Below, piece by piece: positions 33,307 through 45,731 of a stretch of 55,522 nucleotides of DNA. Where the stretch lies: NCBI GenBank assembly GCA_965140785.1, contig OZ223498.1, forward strand, positions 1 to 55,522, in the 5' to 3' direction. The position numbers and the translations under genes are program-made. Under the pieces are notes generated by a model. It was not told the origin of the DNA. It saw only the letters and a list, made by a program, of their open reading frames with translations, and did no database searches. Each line of letters begins with the position of its first letter. The first letter of the stretch is position 1. Source of the stretch: an uncultured Ruficoccus sp. (GTDB taxonomy: Bacteria; Verrucomicrobiota; Verrucomicrobiia; Opitutales; Cerasicoccaceae).

Positions 33307-35840
33307 GCATGGTCGGGCGATTGACAGTACAGGAGATTATCCGGGAGCTGAGGCCCTATCCCGGTCGGGAATGGATGACTTTGCGTATTGTCCTGTCTGT
33401 GCTGCTGGCGACGGTGATCATCATGTGGCTGCAAATCCCCAACGGTTGGCTGAGCATTTACTTCAGCTTTGTCTTTGCCAAGCCCACGACCAAGCAGACC
33501 TTTTTAATCACGACCGCTGTGGTCATCGTAGTGGTGCCGATGATACTGCTCTCGCTACTCCTGCTCAAGTTCACGGCAGAGTATACCTGGCTGCGGCTTG
33601 CCACGCTCGCGCTGGTGCTGTACGGGTCGTTCTTTCTGGCCAATATCATGACCGAGGGCGACATCGTCCGCAACCTGGCCATTGTCTTCGCGACTGCGCT
33701 GACCATACCGGATGTCTACCCCTATCCGCACCTGTGGGTAACGGAGATGATGTGGCTCATGCCGGTCGTGCTGGCCGGGGTCATCCCGGTCATGCTGACG
33801 ACGCTCCTGATTCGCCCCGAGCGTAACTGGGCTCCCGAATATCGACCCCCGGCCAAGAAACTCGGCATCGTCCCGGACTGGCTGAGCAATCGCGCCCACC
33901 AGGTTTACGCCCTCAAGTGCACGTTTGCCGCGATGGGCACGTACTTCATCTACACGCTGGTGAACTTTCAGGAGATTCAGACAGCCATGATGACCTGCCT
34001 AATCCTTGCCCTGCCCACCACCGACCAGATCATCCACAAGACCTGGCTGCGCATCGGCGGGGCCACGGTTGGGGCTGGGATTGCCTTGTTTTGTGCGATC
34101 TGGATCATCCCTCAGTCGAACTCGATCGGCATCCTGCTGGTGGCGGTTGGCTGTGGGGCGTCGCTGGCCGCGTGGGTGGCCCTTAGCTCGCCCCGTTTGT
34201 CCTACGCGGGCTGGCAGATGGCCCTGGCGCAGTTCATGATGATCTCTACCTCCTTTGGCCCTGCCACGGAACTCACTGTCCTGCGTGATCGGCTGCTGGG
34301 CATCCTACTGGGAAATATTATGATGGGAATGACTTTTAAGTACCTCTGGCCTGAGAAGAAAAGCGCCCCTGCCGCGCTCCAGCAAATCGTGCCGGTGCTG
34401 CTGGTCGCCGGATTGGCGCTCGGGCTGAGCGGTTGCCGCAACACGGAAGACCTCGCCCCGAAAACTCCGAGCCGCCCGTGGCGCAGTGCCGAGGTCACGA
34501 ATTACCAGCTGCCCCGGCAGTATACCCTGCCTATGGAGGAAGTGTTTGACGAAGAGCACATCTACACGCTGTCTGAGCTGGCAGACATCGCTCAGCGCAA
34601 TAACCCAAAGACGCGGGTGGCCTGGGAGCAGGCGAGGGCGGCAGCAGCCGGAGTCGGGGTGGCTGAGAGCGCTTACTACCCGGAGCTGACGCTGCTCACT
34701 GCTGCCGGGTACGAACACGTGCCCATGCCTTTGCCGCAGAATATTTTTCCCAAGGGGTATTTCTACTCTGACATGGCCGTCATCCGCCCCGAGCTCCAGA
34801 TGGATTGGGTGCTGTGGGACTTCGGGCGGCGCGAGGCGAGTGTCAAAAGCGCACGTGAGCAGTCCATGGCCCAAAACTTTGCCTTCAATGCAATGCACCA
34901 GGAGGTGCTTTTCTCCGTCTGCCGGGCCTACTATAAACTAATTAGTATTCGCTCGGCGCTGGCGGTGATCTCAGCTGCCCAGGATGATGCCGCGTTGATT
35001 GAGCGCGCCACGCAGAAGGCGCTGGAGCAGGGCTTTTCCACCCGCGCGGAACTGTTGCAGGCCAAGCAACAGGTCGCGCAGTTCGACTTCGACAAGTCCG
35101 CGCTACAAGCCGACCTGCGCAAAGCCCAGGTGAACCTGTCCGAAAGCGTGGGGCTGGACCCCGCCGTGCCGCTACAGATTCAGGACCTTTCCCAGATCCC
35201 GCTGCCGGATAATCTCGGGCAGTCGGTTAACGCGCTTGTTGACCGTGCACTGGCTAACCGACCGGACCTGCAGGCGCGTGTGGCCGAGCTGCGCGCGGCC
35301 GAGGCACAGGTCGAGGAGGCTGAAGCCGCCTTTGGGCCGACGCTCGCCATCAGCGGTAATGCCGGTCCGATCTACACTGCTTTTGATGCGGATAACACCG
35401 GCTGGGTCTCGACCTTCGAGCCGCAGTACGGCGGCGCGCTGGTCTTTCAGTTGCCGATCTTCGACGGGTTTCGCCACCAGCAGGAAAAGATTGCCGCGCT
35501 GGCCGAAAAGCGTCGGGTGGAGGCCGCGATCGAGGATGCCCGAAATGCTGCGGTGAGCGATGTGTGGGAGGCCTATACGGACTTCGAGAACGCCCGCCGC
35601 AAGCTCAATGCCGCCCAGGCGCTGGTGGAGGCGTCAGAGGCCTCACAGGAGGCGACTCTGGCCTCGTTTGAGAAGGGCTTTTCGGACGTGACCGACGTGC
35701 AGACCCAGCAGGCGCTTTTAACCGCTGCGCGTGAAAGCTACAGCCAGGCGCGCACCGATGTCTTTCTGAGCGCCTCTCTGCTGCAGTTTGCTACCGGGCA
35801 ACTGAGTGCCGAGAAAATTGGCCCCGGTCTTTCTAAGTGA
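33303..35840 (+). CDS. In-frame fusion of compact MdtO/FUSC-like inner-membrane protein and TolC/MdtP-like outer-membrane factor
   Basis: N-half ELRPYPGR...LRIGGATVGA...SYAGWQMA...RDRLLGILLG...LWP. Internal lipobox LALGLSGC, then OEP repeats (LSELADIAQRNNP, WDFGRREA, RPDL, LPIFDG). Confidence 0.85.
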   Translation: MSMVGRLTVQEIIRELRPYPGREWMTLRIVLSVLLATVIIMWLQIPNGWLSIYFSFVFAKPTTKQTFLITTAVVIVVVPMILLSLLLLKFTAEYTWLRLATLALVLYGSFFLANIMTEGDIVRNLAIVFATALTIPDVYPYPHLWVTEMMWLMPVVLAGVIPVMLTTLLIRPERNWAPEYRPPAKKLGIVPDWLSNRAHQVYALKCTFAAMGTYFIYTLVNFQEIQTAMMTCLILALPTTDQIIHKTWLRIGGATVGAGIALFCAIWIIPQSNSIGILLVAVGCGASLAAWVALSSPRLSYAGWQMALAQFMMISTSFGPATELTVLRDRLLGILLGNIMMGMTFKYLWPEKKSAPAALQQIVPVLLVAGLALGLSGCRNTEDLAPKTPSRPWRSAEVTNYQLPRQYTLPMEEVFDEEHIYTLSELADIAQRNNPKTRVAWEQARAAAAGVGVAESAYYPELTLLTAAGYEHVPMPLPQNIFPKGYFYSDMAVIRPELQMDWVLWDFGRREASVKSAREQSMAQNFAFNAMHQEVLFSVCRAYYKLISIRSALAVISAAQDDAALIERATQKALEQGFSTRAELLQAKQQVAQFDFDKSALQADLRKAQVNLSESVGLDPAVPLQIQDLSQIPLPDNLGQSVNALVDRALANRPDLQARVAELRAAEAQVEEAEAAFGPTLAISGNAGPIYTAFDADNTGWVSTFEPQYGGALVFQLPIFDGFRHQQEKIAALAEKRRVEAAIEDARNAAVSDVWEAYTDFENARRKLNAAQALVEASEASQEATLASFEKGFSDVTDVQTQQALLTAARESYSQARTDVFLSASLLQFATGQLSAEKIGPGLSK

Positions 35841-35981
35841 CCGTTCGACTTTACGATACTGCTCAAAAAGGCTTCTATGGGTAAATAGGCCTCGACATCA
35901 GCAGGTTATGCCCGCCGGCCGCCCTTTAGCGATTTCTCGGCTTCTCCGGGTGAAATCGCAAGGCAGGCGTGTATTGAACTT

Positions 35982-36329
35982 TCAATACGACGTCAGGAAG
36001 GCGGCGAAGGATATCCAGTAGGTGAAAATGGCGGCCACACCCAGGCCGATCAGGAAAAGCCCGATGCGGGTTTTTCGCCAGACCTCGGAAAATCCAGATA
36101 GCTGGATGAAGACATCGGGGAGGTAGGCCAGGCAATAGAGGACGTTGGCGGCGACCGCCAGCAATATGAAGACCAGGAGTTGGTTGAACTCGAAAACCCG
36201 CAACGAGGTGGGCAGGCCGGCCACGAAGTAGGTAATGACGATAAGGGCGAGAACCGCGTTGTAGACGATCCGCATACGCTCCCAGTAGCGCAGGGCGTCG
36301 GTGACGATTTCCTTCAGGCGCTGGTTCAT
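35982..36329 (-). CDS. Small hypothetical membrane protein
   Basis: Three hydrophobic helices, YWERMRIVYN motif; start overlaps the upstream stop (ATGA). Confidence 0.75.
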   Translation of the reverse strand: MNQRLKEIVTDALRYWERMRIVYNAVLALIVITYFVAGLPTSLRVFEFNQLLVFILLAVAANVLYCLAYLPDVFIQLSGFSEVWRKTRIGLFLIGLGVAAIFTYWISFAAFLTSY

Positions 36330-37618
36330 GGGGTGTCGGGGCGAGAGGTGGTATCAGGCGGAGTTACGGCGGGAGCAGGGGAAGGCATCTCCTGCGAAAA
36401 AGGCTGGACTGGGGTGGATGAGGGGACGGCTTTTTCTACCATACGGGGCGGAAAACCGGTGCCGTCCAGACTAAGGGCGTTCTTCTCCGCTTGCAGACGT
36501 TCGAGGCAGTTGGAGAGGATGGCCTCCTGAACTTCCAGTCCCTGTTCCAGCTTTTGCTTGGCCGCTTTTTGCTCAGGAGTAAGGGGGGCGGTCTTGGCTT
36601 GTGTGTCGTAGGCGGCGAGTTCGTCGCGGAGAGCTTTTATTTTTGTGCGATGCCGATCGGCGCGGGCACGTAGGTCTTCGACTGCGCTCATGGCGGCTCC
36701 GATCGCTCGTCGCACGTCATGGGCAATGCATTCGTCGGCGTAAAGATTTGCGATCATGGCTGCCATGTCGGGGTCCGGGTGGGTATAGCCGATACGGATG
36801 AGCCATGTTTTTCGGATCCTTTGCACCGCTTTGTTCTGTTCAATGATGGTAGCAGGATCGAGGGGAGAGCCGGCCGAGACACCCGCATCCCGGTAGGGAG
36901 CCAGAAAGCGCACGCGTTCATCGTCTTTGAGGCGCTGGGCGACGGCTTCGGAGAGGGTGGGCGAGCTGAACTCTTCCACCAGGCTCAGCAAGTCCTCTTC
37001 ATCGCTGGTGGCGGGTGGTTGCGTGGGCAGGTCTTTGACTTCCACGGCTCCAGTACGAAGTATCTGGAGAGTCGCCCGGGAGTAGTAAAGCACTTCGGGA
37101 GAATACGCGACCTCCTGCTGTTCTTTGAGTCGGGTGGCGGCGGCGTGGCGTACGTTTGGGTCCGTGTCGTGCCCGGCGACTTCCGCCAGGGCGAGTGGGT
37201 CGGTCAGTTTTTTGGTGGCGGCGAGACGGACGGCGGAGTCGGGGGCGCTACGGGCGATGTCGGCCAGCAGCGCAGGATCGGTCAAGTCTTTGACGGCCTG
37301 GCGGCGGCTGCTTGCGTCCTCGCCGCGGAGCGCGGTTTGCGCGAGCGCCTGCTGGTTGGCTCTTCGTTCAGCGGCGGCGATGCTGTCGATCGGTGCGACC
37401 TCGGTGGCCGGGTTAAAGTTATCGAGAAAGTCGTCGAGGACTTGTGGAGCGTCGCTGCGGTAAATTTTTAAACTGCCCTCGACCGAGGGCGGAATCCGTG
37501 GGTTCCGATCCGCCTCTTCGAGGATCTGCTCATAGGGGCTCTCGTCGTCGTCCCGGCCAGTGAGGGGGGCGGCGGGCAGCAGCAGGAGGGCGAGGGCCCA
37601 CGCGAGGTGGCGCTTCAT
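36326..37618 (-). CDS. Secreted protein with HEAT-like repeats and a Wzz/GumC-like chain-length-determinant segment
   Basis: Signal peptide; three R..A...LTDP..LA..A repeats; IRIGYTHPDPDMAAMIANLYA followed by a coiled coil and MVEKAVP. Confidence 0.6.
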   Translation of the reverse strand: MKRHLAWALALLLLPAAPLTGRDDDESPYEQILEEADRNPRIPPSVEGSLKIYRSDAPQVLDDFLDNFNPATEVAPIDSIAAAERRANQQALAQTALRGEDASSRRQAVKDLTDPALLADIARSAPDSAVRLAATKKLTDPLALAEVAGHDTDPNVRHAAATRLKEQQEVAYSPEVLYYSRATLQILRTGAVEVKDLPTQPPATSDEEDLLSLVEEFSSPTLSEAVAQRLKDDERVRFLAPYRDAGVSAGSPLDPATIIEQNKAVQRIRKTWLIRIGYTHPDPDMAAMIANLYADECIAHDVRRAIGAAMSAVEDLRARADRHRTKIKALRDELAAYDTQAKTAPLTPEQKAAKQKLEQGLEVQEAILSNCLERLQAEKNALSLDGTGFPPRMVEKAVPSSTPVQPFSQEMPSPAPAVTPPDTTSRPDTP

Positions 37619-37788
37619 GGGGAGATGGCGTTGGGTTTGGCGCAGGCTGACGGCAGCAGAAAGCTGCCACAAGCCGGAGGCTAACGTTTACTTGCATGAC
37701 GGCTTTTCCCGGCGAAGGCAAGCCTCTACGAGGGGTGGCGGGTGAGCCCCCCGGTTCGGACGCTTCCAGCCCCGTGCGCGAAGCCCCC

Positions 37789-40467
<2,679 letters not shown>

Positions 40468-40600
40468 GGGTGAGGGGACGTGTCGGATTTAATGAGCGGT
40501 GAGAGAAGGTCCGCTGTGGTCTTGAAGCATGGCAAGCGCCCGCCCCCGGGCCAAGGCGAAAGTTTTATTGGGCCAGGGTGGGGAGCAGGCGTGTGGCCAC

Positions 40601-40630
40601 AAAAAAGCCGCAATCGACGACTGCGGCTTT
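40601..40630 (-). terminator. Intrinsic terminator of the PEP-CTERM gene
   Basis: AAAGCCGCA...TGCGGCTTT stem with a U-run on the minus strand. Confidence 0.7.
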
Positions 40631-40655
40631 CGAAAGGCGTGAGGGCTGCGGGGGA

Positions 40656-41246
40656 TTACTTGCTTCTGCGGCGGTACACGAGGGCTAGCCCGAGGGCAGA
40701 GATACCGGCGAGAGCCGCCCAGGTGGAGGGCTCGGGCACGGGAGTCAGGGCTGACAGGGCGTTGCCGGATCCATCTGTGACAAATACATCTCCCGTAAAG
40801 GTTTGGATCGCTTCTGGATTGAAATCGGGATTACCGGATGTCGTCCATGTCCCCGATAAAATGGTCAGCGTGTCGCCTTGGCTCACATTGATGGTGGCAA
40901 GACTCATAAATCCGTCGTTGGGCCCCAGATCACTAATCTGAACTGCATTATTGTCATACAAAGGCATTGATTGTGACGATTCATATGTTACGCCGTTGAG
41001 CTTGTAGCTTAAGGTAGTTGGTGATAGGGATATATAAGAAAAGCTATCACTATTGGTCACCCAATCGGAAAATGCAAGAAACCAAACATTGCCCGCAGTA
41101 GTGATGGTCAGGGTAATATCTTGGGTGATTTCAAAAGTTCCGCCGGTTGTGGTGACGTCGCCGGAGAGGGAAATCGCCGCACGTGTGGTGCAGAGACTGA
41201 GAAGAGCGGCGATTGTAGCCGCGAGGAGGATTTTAGTGGCTTTCAC
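40656..41246 (-). CDS. PEP-CTERM sorting domain protein
   Basis: Signal peptide; C-terminal VPEPSTWAALAGISALGLALVYRRRSK. Confidence 0.92.
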   Translation of the reverse strand: MKATKILLAATIAALLSLCTTRAAISLSGDVTTTGGTFEITQDITLTITTAGNVWFLAFSDWVTNSDSFSYISLSPTTLSYKLNGVTYESSQSMPLYDNNAVQISDLGPNDGFMSLATINVSQGDTLTILSGTWTTSGNPDFNPEAIQTFTGDVFVTDGSGNALSALTPVPEPSTWAALAGISALGLALVYRRRSK

Positions 41247-41522
41247 GAGAGAGATTATAGGTAGATAATTTGTTTAACGTTATTGAATGGTGTTTAATGA
41301 TATTTAATGGGTAGTTTTAGCCTTTTTGTCAACCTTTGAATATAAAGTGAAAGCAAATGCTATTTTAAAATGTCACTCTGTTACCTGCCTTCATCGTCCC
41401 GTGGAAGCTGGACGTGGAAGCGCATGGGCGAGCAAATGCTGGAGCTTTTTTTTTAGCTGGCCAAGGGGGTGGAGGGTGTACAAAGTTTCACGCCTTAGGG
41501 AGCCGGTGAAAGCAAAATCGTT

Positions 41523-42898
41523 TTGAGCAACAAGTTTCAGTCCAGCCTTTTTGATGACTCCGCGCCGCACAAGGGCGGGGATGACGAGTCGCCGGCCAGC
41601 TCCGTGCAGAAGCGCCGCCCGCTGGCCGTGCGCATGCGCCCGCGCAACCTCTCGGAGGTGCTCGGTCAGGAGCACCTGATCGGGGAGGGGTCGCTGCTGC
41701 CCAAGCTCGTGCGGACCGACACCTTCGGGAGCCTGCTGTTTTACGGCCCGCCCGGCTGCGGCAAGACCACCCTGGCCGAGGTCATCGCGCAGGAGACAGG
41801 GGCCAAGTGCATCCGCATCAACGCCGTCATGTCCAACGTGGCCGAGCTGCGCGATATCTTGCGCATGGCCCGTTACGATTCGGCTCACGAGACGATTCTT
41901 TTCATCGACGAGATCCACCGCTTTAACAAGGCGCAGCAGGACCTGCTCCTGCCGGATGTGGAGGCGGGCAACATCCGCCTGATCGGCGCGACCACACACA
42001 ACCCCGGCTTTTACATCATCGACCCGCTCCTGTCGCGCAGCCACCTGTTTCGGCTGGAGCCGCTGCCGGAGTCGGCCACGGTCGCGCTCCTGCGGCGGGC
42101 GCTGGAGGATGACGAGCGGGGGCTCGGGGCCACCCGTTGCACGGCCGGGGACGCGGTGCTGGTCGGCCTGGCCCGGCTCTGTGACGGCGACATGCGCCGC
42201 GCCCTCAACGCGCTGGAGACCCTCGTGCTCAGCCAGCCCACCGGCAGCGAGATCACCCCGGCGGAGCTGGAGGTCTTTGCCCGCGAGCGGCAGATCCGCT
42301 ATGATGCCGACGAGGACGAGCACTACGACACGATTTCGGCCTTTATCAAGAGCGTGCGCGGCTCCGATCCGGACGCCGCCCTGTACTGGCTGGCCAAGAT
42401 GATCGAGGGCGGGGAGGACCCGCGCTTCATCGCCCGGCGGCTGATCATCCTCGCCTCGGAGGACATCGGGCTGGCCGATTCGCGCGCCCTGCCGTTGGCT
42501 ACCGCCGCGCTGCAGGCGGTCGAGTTCATCGGCATGCCGGAGGCGGCGCTGACGCTGAGCCACTGCACGCTTTTTTCTCGCCCTGTGCCCCAAGAGCAAC
42601 TCCGCGACGGAGGCGATTTTCCCGCGCCCGGCGGGCGATCAAGGAGGGGCCGGTTCAGCCGGTGCCCCAGTGGCTGCGCGACAGCCACAACAAGGTCGGC
42701 TAGCAGCTCGGCCACGGCGACACGTATCAATATTCCCACGACAGCCCCGATCACATCTCGGGGCAGGAGTACCTCGTCAACCCGCTGGAGCTGTACCAGC
42801 CCAGCCACTACGGGGCCGAGGCCGCCCTGGCCGAACGTCTCGAACGCTGGAAGGCGCTCAAGCGTGAACGTCAGGCAGGACCGGACCCTTCAGCCTAG
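41523..42898 (+). CDS. rarA: Replication-associated recombination protein A (MgsA/RarA); C-terminal indels and one in-frame TAG
   Basis: [52 protein letters not shown]-terminus (PVPQWLRD...YQYSHD...QEYL) continues in another frame to TAG 42896-42898. Confidence 0.9.
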
Positions 42899-42906
42899 GC
42901 TTGGCG

Positions 42907-43060
42907 TTAGCTGAGTTCATTGAAGATGTGTTTGAGCCACAAAAAGGCACAACACTCACAAAAAATAAGGATAAGCCGCGAATCGACGAGAGATCAGTTC
43001 CAGTTTTGTGCTTTTTGTGCCTTTTTATGGCCATTCCACATTTGTTAAGAACTTGGCTAG
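42907..43060. repeat. Palindromic dispersed repeat, family A copy 2
   Basis: TTAGCTGAGTTC ... GAACTTGGCTAG ends; internal GCCACAAAAAGGCACAA / TTGTGCCTTTTTATGGC. Confidence 0.7.
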
Positions 43061-43126
43061 CATTACATTATGCCGCGTCTTTAAATTCTCTCTCGTCGCC
43101 CCGCTTGATAGGGCTTCTGCTTGGTC

Positions 43127-44299
43127 CTACGCGGTCTGCCGCTTGCGTCGCCACTGCTGCCAGCCCATCCAGGCGGCGCCGAGGGTCAGCAGGATGCCGC
43201 CCATGACGGTGCTCGGCTCGGGGATGACGGAGAAGTTGGCGTAGGGGACGAGCTGACCGTTGCTGAGCAGCTTGGCACCGTAGATGCCAGGGCCGAAGCC
43301 GTTCGGGTTGACGAAGCTGATGGAGTTGACCTGATCGGCGGTCAGGCTGCTGGCGTCGGTGCCGAAGTAAATCTGGCTGAAACCGTCGCCATTGTCCTCA
43401 CCGTCCCAGTTGGTGATGAGAAGCGAGCCGCTCCAGGCCGTGCCGCTGCTGTCGGCGAAGGCGAGAGTGCCGTTCTGGCCCATGTCGATGGTCGAGGTGG
43501 ACGAAAGGGTGAGTGCGCCGAGGTTTTCCGAATTACCGGCGGTGGCGAAGGTGCCGCCGTCCAGTTGCAGGGTGGCGTTGTCGGCGATCTGGTTGGAGGA
43601 GGCCAGCAGCAAGGTGCCGCCGGAGACGGAGATATTGCCGCCGACCGCGGTGGCGCCGTTGGACTTGTTGAGGACGACCGTGCCGCCTTCGACCTGAAGG
43701 TTATCGATGGAATTGGACTGGCTGCCGCTGAGCTCGAGCGTGCTGTTGCCCTGCTTGATGATCGCGCCGCCCGGATCGGGCGGGGGCCAGTACTGGCCGC
43801 CGGGATCGTAGGTGCTGTCAACGGCGCCGCTGAGGTTCAGCGTGCCGCCGTTGTTACCGGTGATGTGGATGTCGTCATCGATATCAATATTGCTCGATAT
43901 GATCGCGGTACCGGTGTGGTCGACGCTGATAATGGGCGCATTCTTAAACTCGAGCAATCTTTCCGGCGAAGTGCTGCTGAGGGTGAACGTCGTGTTGCCG
44001 AGACTTTCGGTGAAGTGGATCTCCTTTTGGGTATGTATCCACTGGTCATTGAAAGAGTTGGTGCCGGTGCCGAAATTCAGGACCGTCTTGTCCGAATTCT
44101 CAGGGGGGGATTTGCCGCCTTCCCAGTTGGAGCTTTGGGACCAGCCATCATACCACGGGCTGCCCACCCAGTCATAGACATGGCCCTTGCCATTATTACC
44201 ATTATTGCCATGGAGGGCGGCAGGCACAGTCGCCAGGACCGCGCACATAGTCAAAGTGCGCGCTTGTCGGAGCAAACGGCTGGTGTTGAGTTCAAACAT
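43127..44299 (-). CDS. PEP-CTERM protein with autotransporter-associated beta-strand repeats
   Basis: IIKQGNSTLELSG, VEGGTVVL, VSGGTLLL repeats; C-terminal IPEPST-TM-RRKR. Confidence 0.9.
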   Translation of the reverse strand: MFELNTSRLLRQARTLTMCAVLATVPAALHGNNGNNGKGHVYDWVGSPWYDGWSQSSNWEGGKSPPENSDKTVLNFGTGTNSFNDQWIHTQKEIHFTESLGNTTFTLSSTSPERLLEFKNAPIISVDHTGTAIISSNIDIDDDIHITGNNGGTLNLSGAVDSTYDPGGQYWPPPDPGGAIIKQGNSTLELSGSQSNSIDNLQVEGGTVVLNKSNGATAVGGNISVSGGTLLLASSNQIADNATLQLDGGTFATAGNSENLGALTLSSTSTIDMGQNGTLAFADSSGTAWSGSLLITNWDGEDNGDGFSQIYFGTDASSLTADQVNSISFVNPNGFGPGIYGAKLLSNGQLVPYANFSVIPEPSTVMGGILLTLGAAWMGWQQWRRKRQTA

Positions 44300-44507
44300 A
44301 TAAGGGAAAAAGAAGGATTCCTGCTTACACACCCTATCGGTCGAATCTCGGATCGGACAAGGCCTTTAGGGGCGGTTTTCTTTTACTTTTTTGAGATGAT
44401 TTTATAAGCCGCTTTATTCCATGACCTTATGGGTCTTTATAAAAAATCTGTCAAGCCAGGCCGGAAGCGGAGTTCTCCCTTGTGGGGAGGCAGGCGGCCT
44501 TGTTAGT

Positions 44508-45008
44508 ATGACGCCCATGCTCCGACATCTGTTCATCGGTCTTTTCTGCCTCTTTGCCACGGCTTTCGCTCAGGCCGCCGAGGAGGCCGGAGGTGGTGAC
44601 CTGGATAGTCTCAAGGTCGGCGACGTGCTGCCGGAGGCCGGCCAATACTGGAACCTGCATGAGGCCGAGGGGCAGATCAACCTGCGCTATGTCGGCACCC
44701 GCTTGCGGCTGTACTTTGTGGATACCGAGGGCAAGATTATGGAGCCGCTTTTTCCGGTCGCGCTGGTGCGCTACCGCAACGACCTGGCGAACTGGCAGAA
44801 AACCGGTCAGCAGATGACAAAGCTCACCGCCGGCCCCGGTAATGTTTACCTGGCCAGCTCGCGGGTGCTACCGCAGCCCTTGCGCTACCGCGTCTGGGTG
44901 GTGCTCAAGGTCGAGAATGAGAAAACCACCTCCATGAGCGAGGAAGAAGAGGAAGCCTCAGACCCTCAGGCCTATCCCATGCGCATCCTCAACGGTCTGG
45001 GCCAGTAG
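44508..45008 (+). CDS. Secreted hypothetical protein
   Basis: Signal peptide MLRHLFIGLFCLFATAFAQA; GC-biased codons. Confidence 0.7.
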   Translation: MTPMLRHLFIGLFCLFATAFAQAAEEAGGGDLDSLKVGDVLPEAGQYWNLHEAEGQINLRYVGTRLRLYFVDTEGKIMEPLFPVALVRYRNDLANWQKTGQQMTKLTAGPGNVYLASSRVLPQPLRYRVWVVLKVENEKTTSMSEEEEEASDPQAYPMRILNGLGQ

Positions 45009-45083
45009 GCGGGGTGCTCGGGTCTTCTCTGAAGCCTGCCTGCGGGGTTGCGTCCGCGAAAAAGGCATGCAAAAGTAACGGCA

Positions 45084-45566
45084 GTGGATAAGCGCACCGA
45101 AAAGAAGGGTCAGATTAATTTTATCAAGCTCCTGCAAAGCTGGGTGCTGATCGCGCTGGGCGTATTGATCGCCTCCAGCCTCAGTGACGGCGTACACTAT
45201 GACACGCGGGGCACGCTCGTGCTGGTCGTCCTGTTGGTCAGCCTGTTCAACATCATTATCCGGCCCTTGCTGATCCTCTTCACACTGCCGTTTGTTATCT
45301 TCACCTTCGGGCTTGGGCTGGTCGTAATCAACGCGTTGGTGCTCCTGCTGGTGGAGGCCATCGTGCCGGGCTTTCACCTGGCCTCGTTTTGGTCTGCACT
45401 GTGGGTGGCAATCGTCATCAGCCTGGTCTCCATGATCGCGAACCTCCTCATCGGCACCAGCCGTATCCGCATAAACATTCAGCGCGGCGGCCCGCCCCGC
45501 GACGGTCCCCACGGCTCCTCGCGCAAGAACATCTCCCGTAAGGACGACGACGTGATCGACATCTGA
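45084..45566 (+). CDS. YvlD/DUF360 (phage holin family 4-like) membrane protein
   Basis: LFNIIIRPLLILFTLP..IFTFGL...VINA...VPGF..ASFWSALW signature. Confidence 0.85.
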   Translation: MDKRTEKKGQINFIKLLQSWVLIALGVLIASSLSDGVHYDTRGTLVLVVLLVSLFNIIIRPLLILFTLPFVIFTFGLGLVVINALVLLLVEAIVPGFHLASFWSALWVAIVISLVSMIANLLIGTSRIRINIQRGGPPRDGPHGSSRKNISRKDDDVIDI

Positions 45567-45731
45567 GCGCACAGGGAAGGCGGCTTGCCGGTTTACTTCG
45601 TTGTTCGGTTTTTGCTGAGAGAGTAGGGGCTCTGCGCCTGCCGGTGCGGTTCCTATTTTGAAACATGTCCGAAGCGGCATTGACGGGGGAGCGGATTGCG
45701 GCTTTAGTGCCTTTTTTACAAAAATACCGAT

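Noticed and set aside
42560..42710. In-frame TAG (42701-42703) in rarA as stop-codon recoding or readthrough
   Set aside because: It lies in a patch with neighbouring indels, and TAG is used as a normal stop elsewhere in the window. Most likely a base-call error (e.g. AAG).
45084..45566. Prophage lysis module because of the holin-family match
   Set aside because: YvlD/DUF360 proteins are common chromosomal genes; no endolysin or phage genes are nearby.
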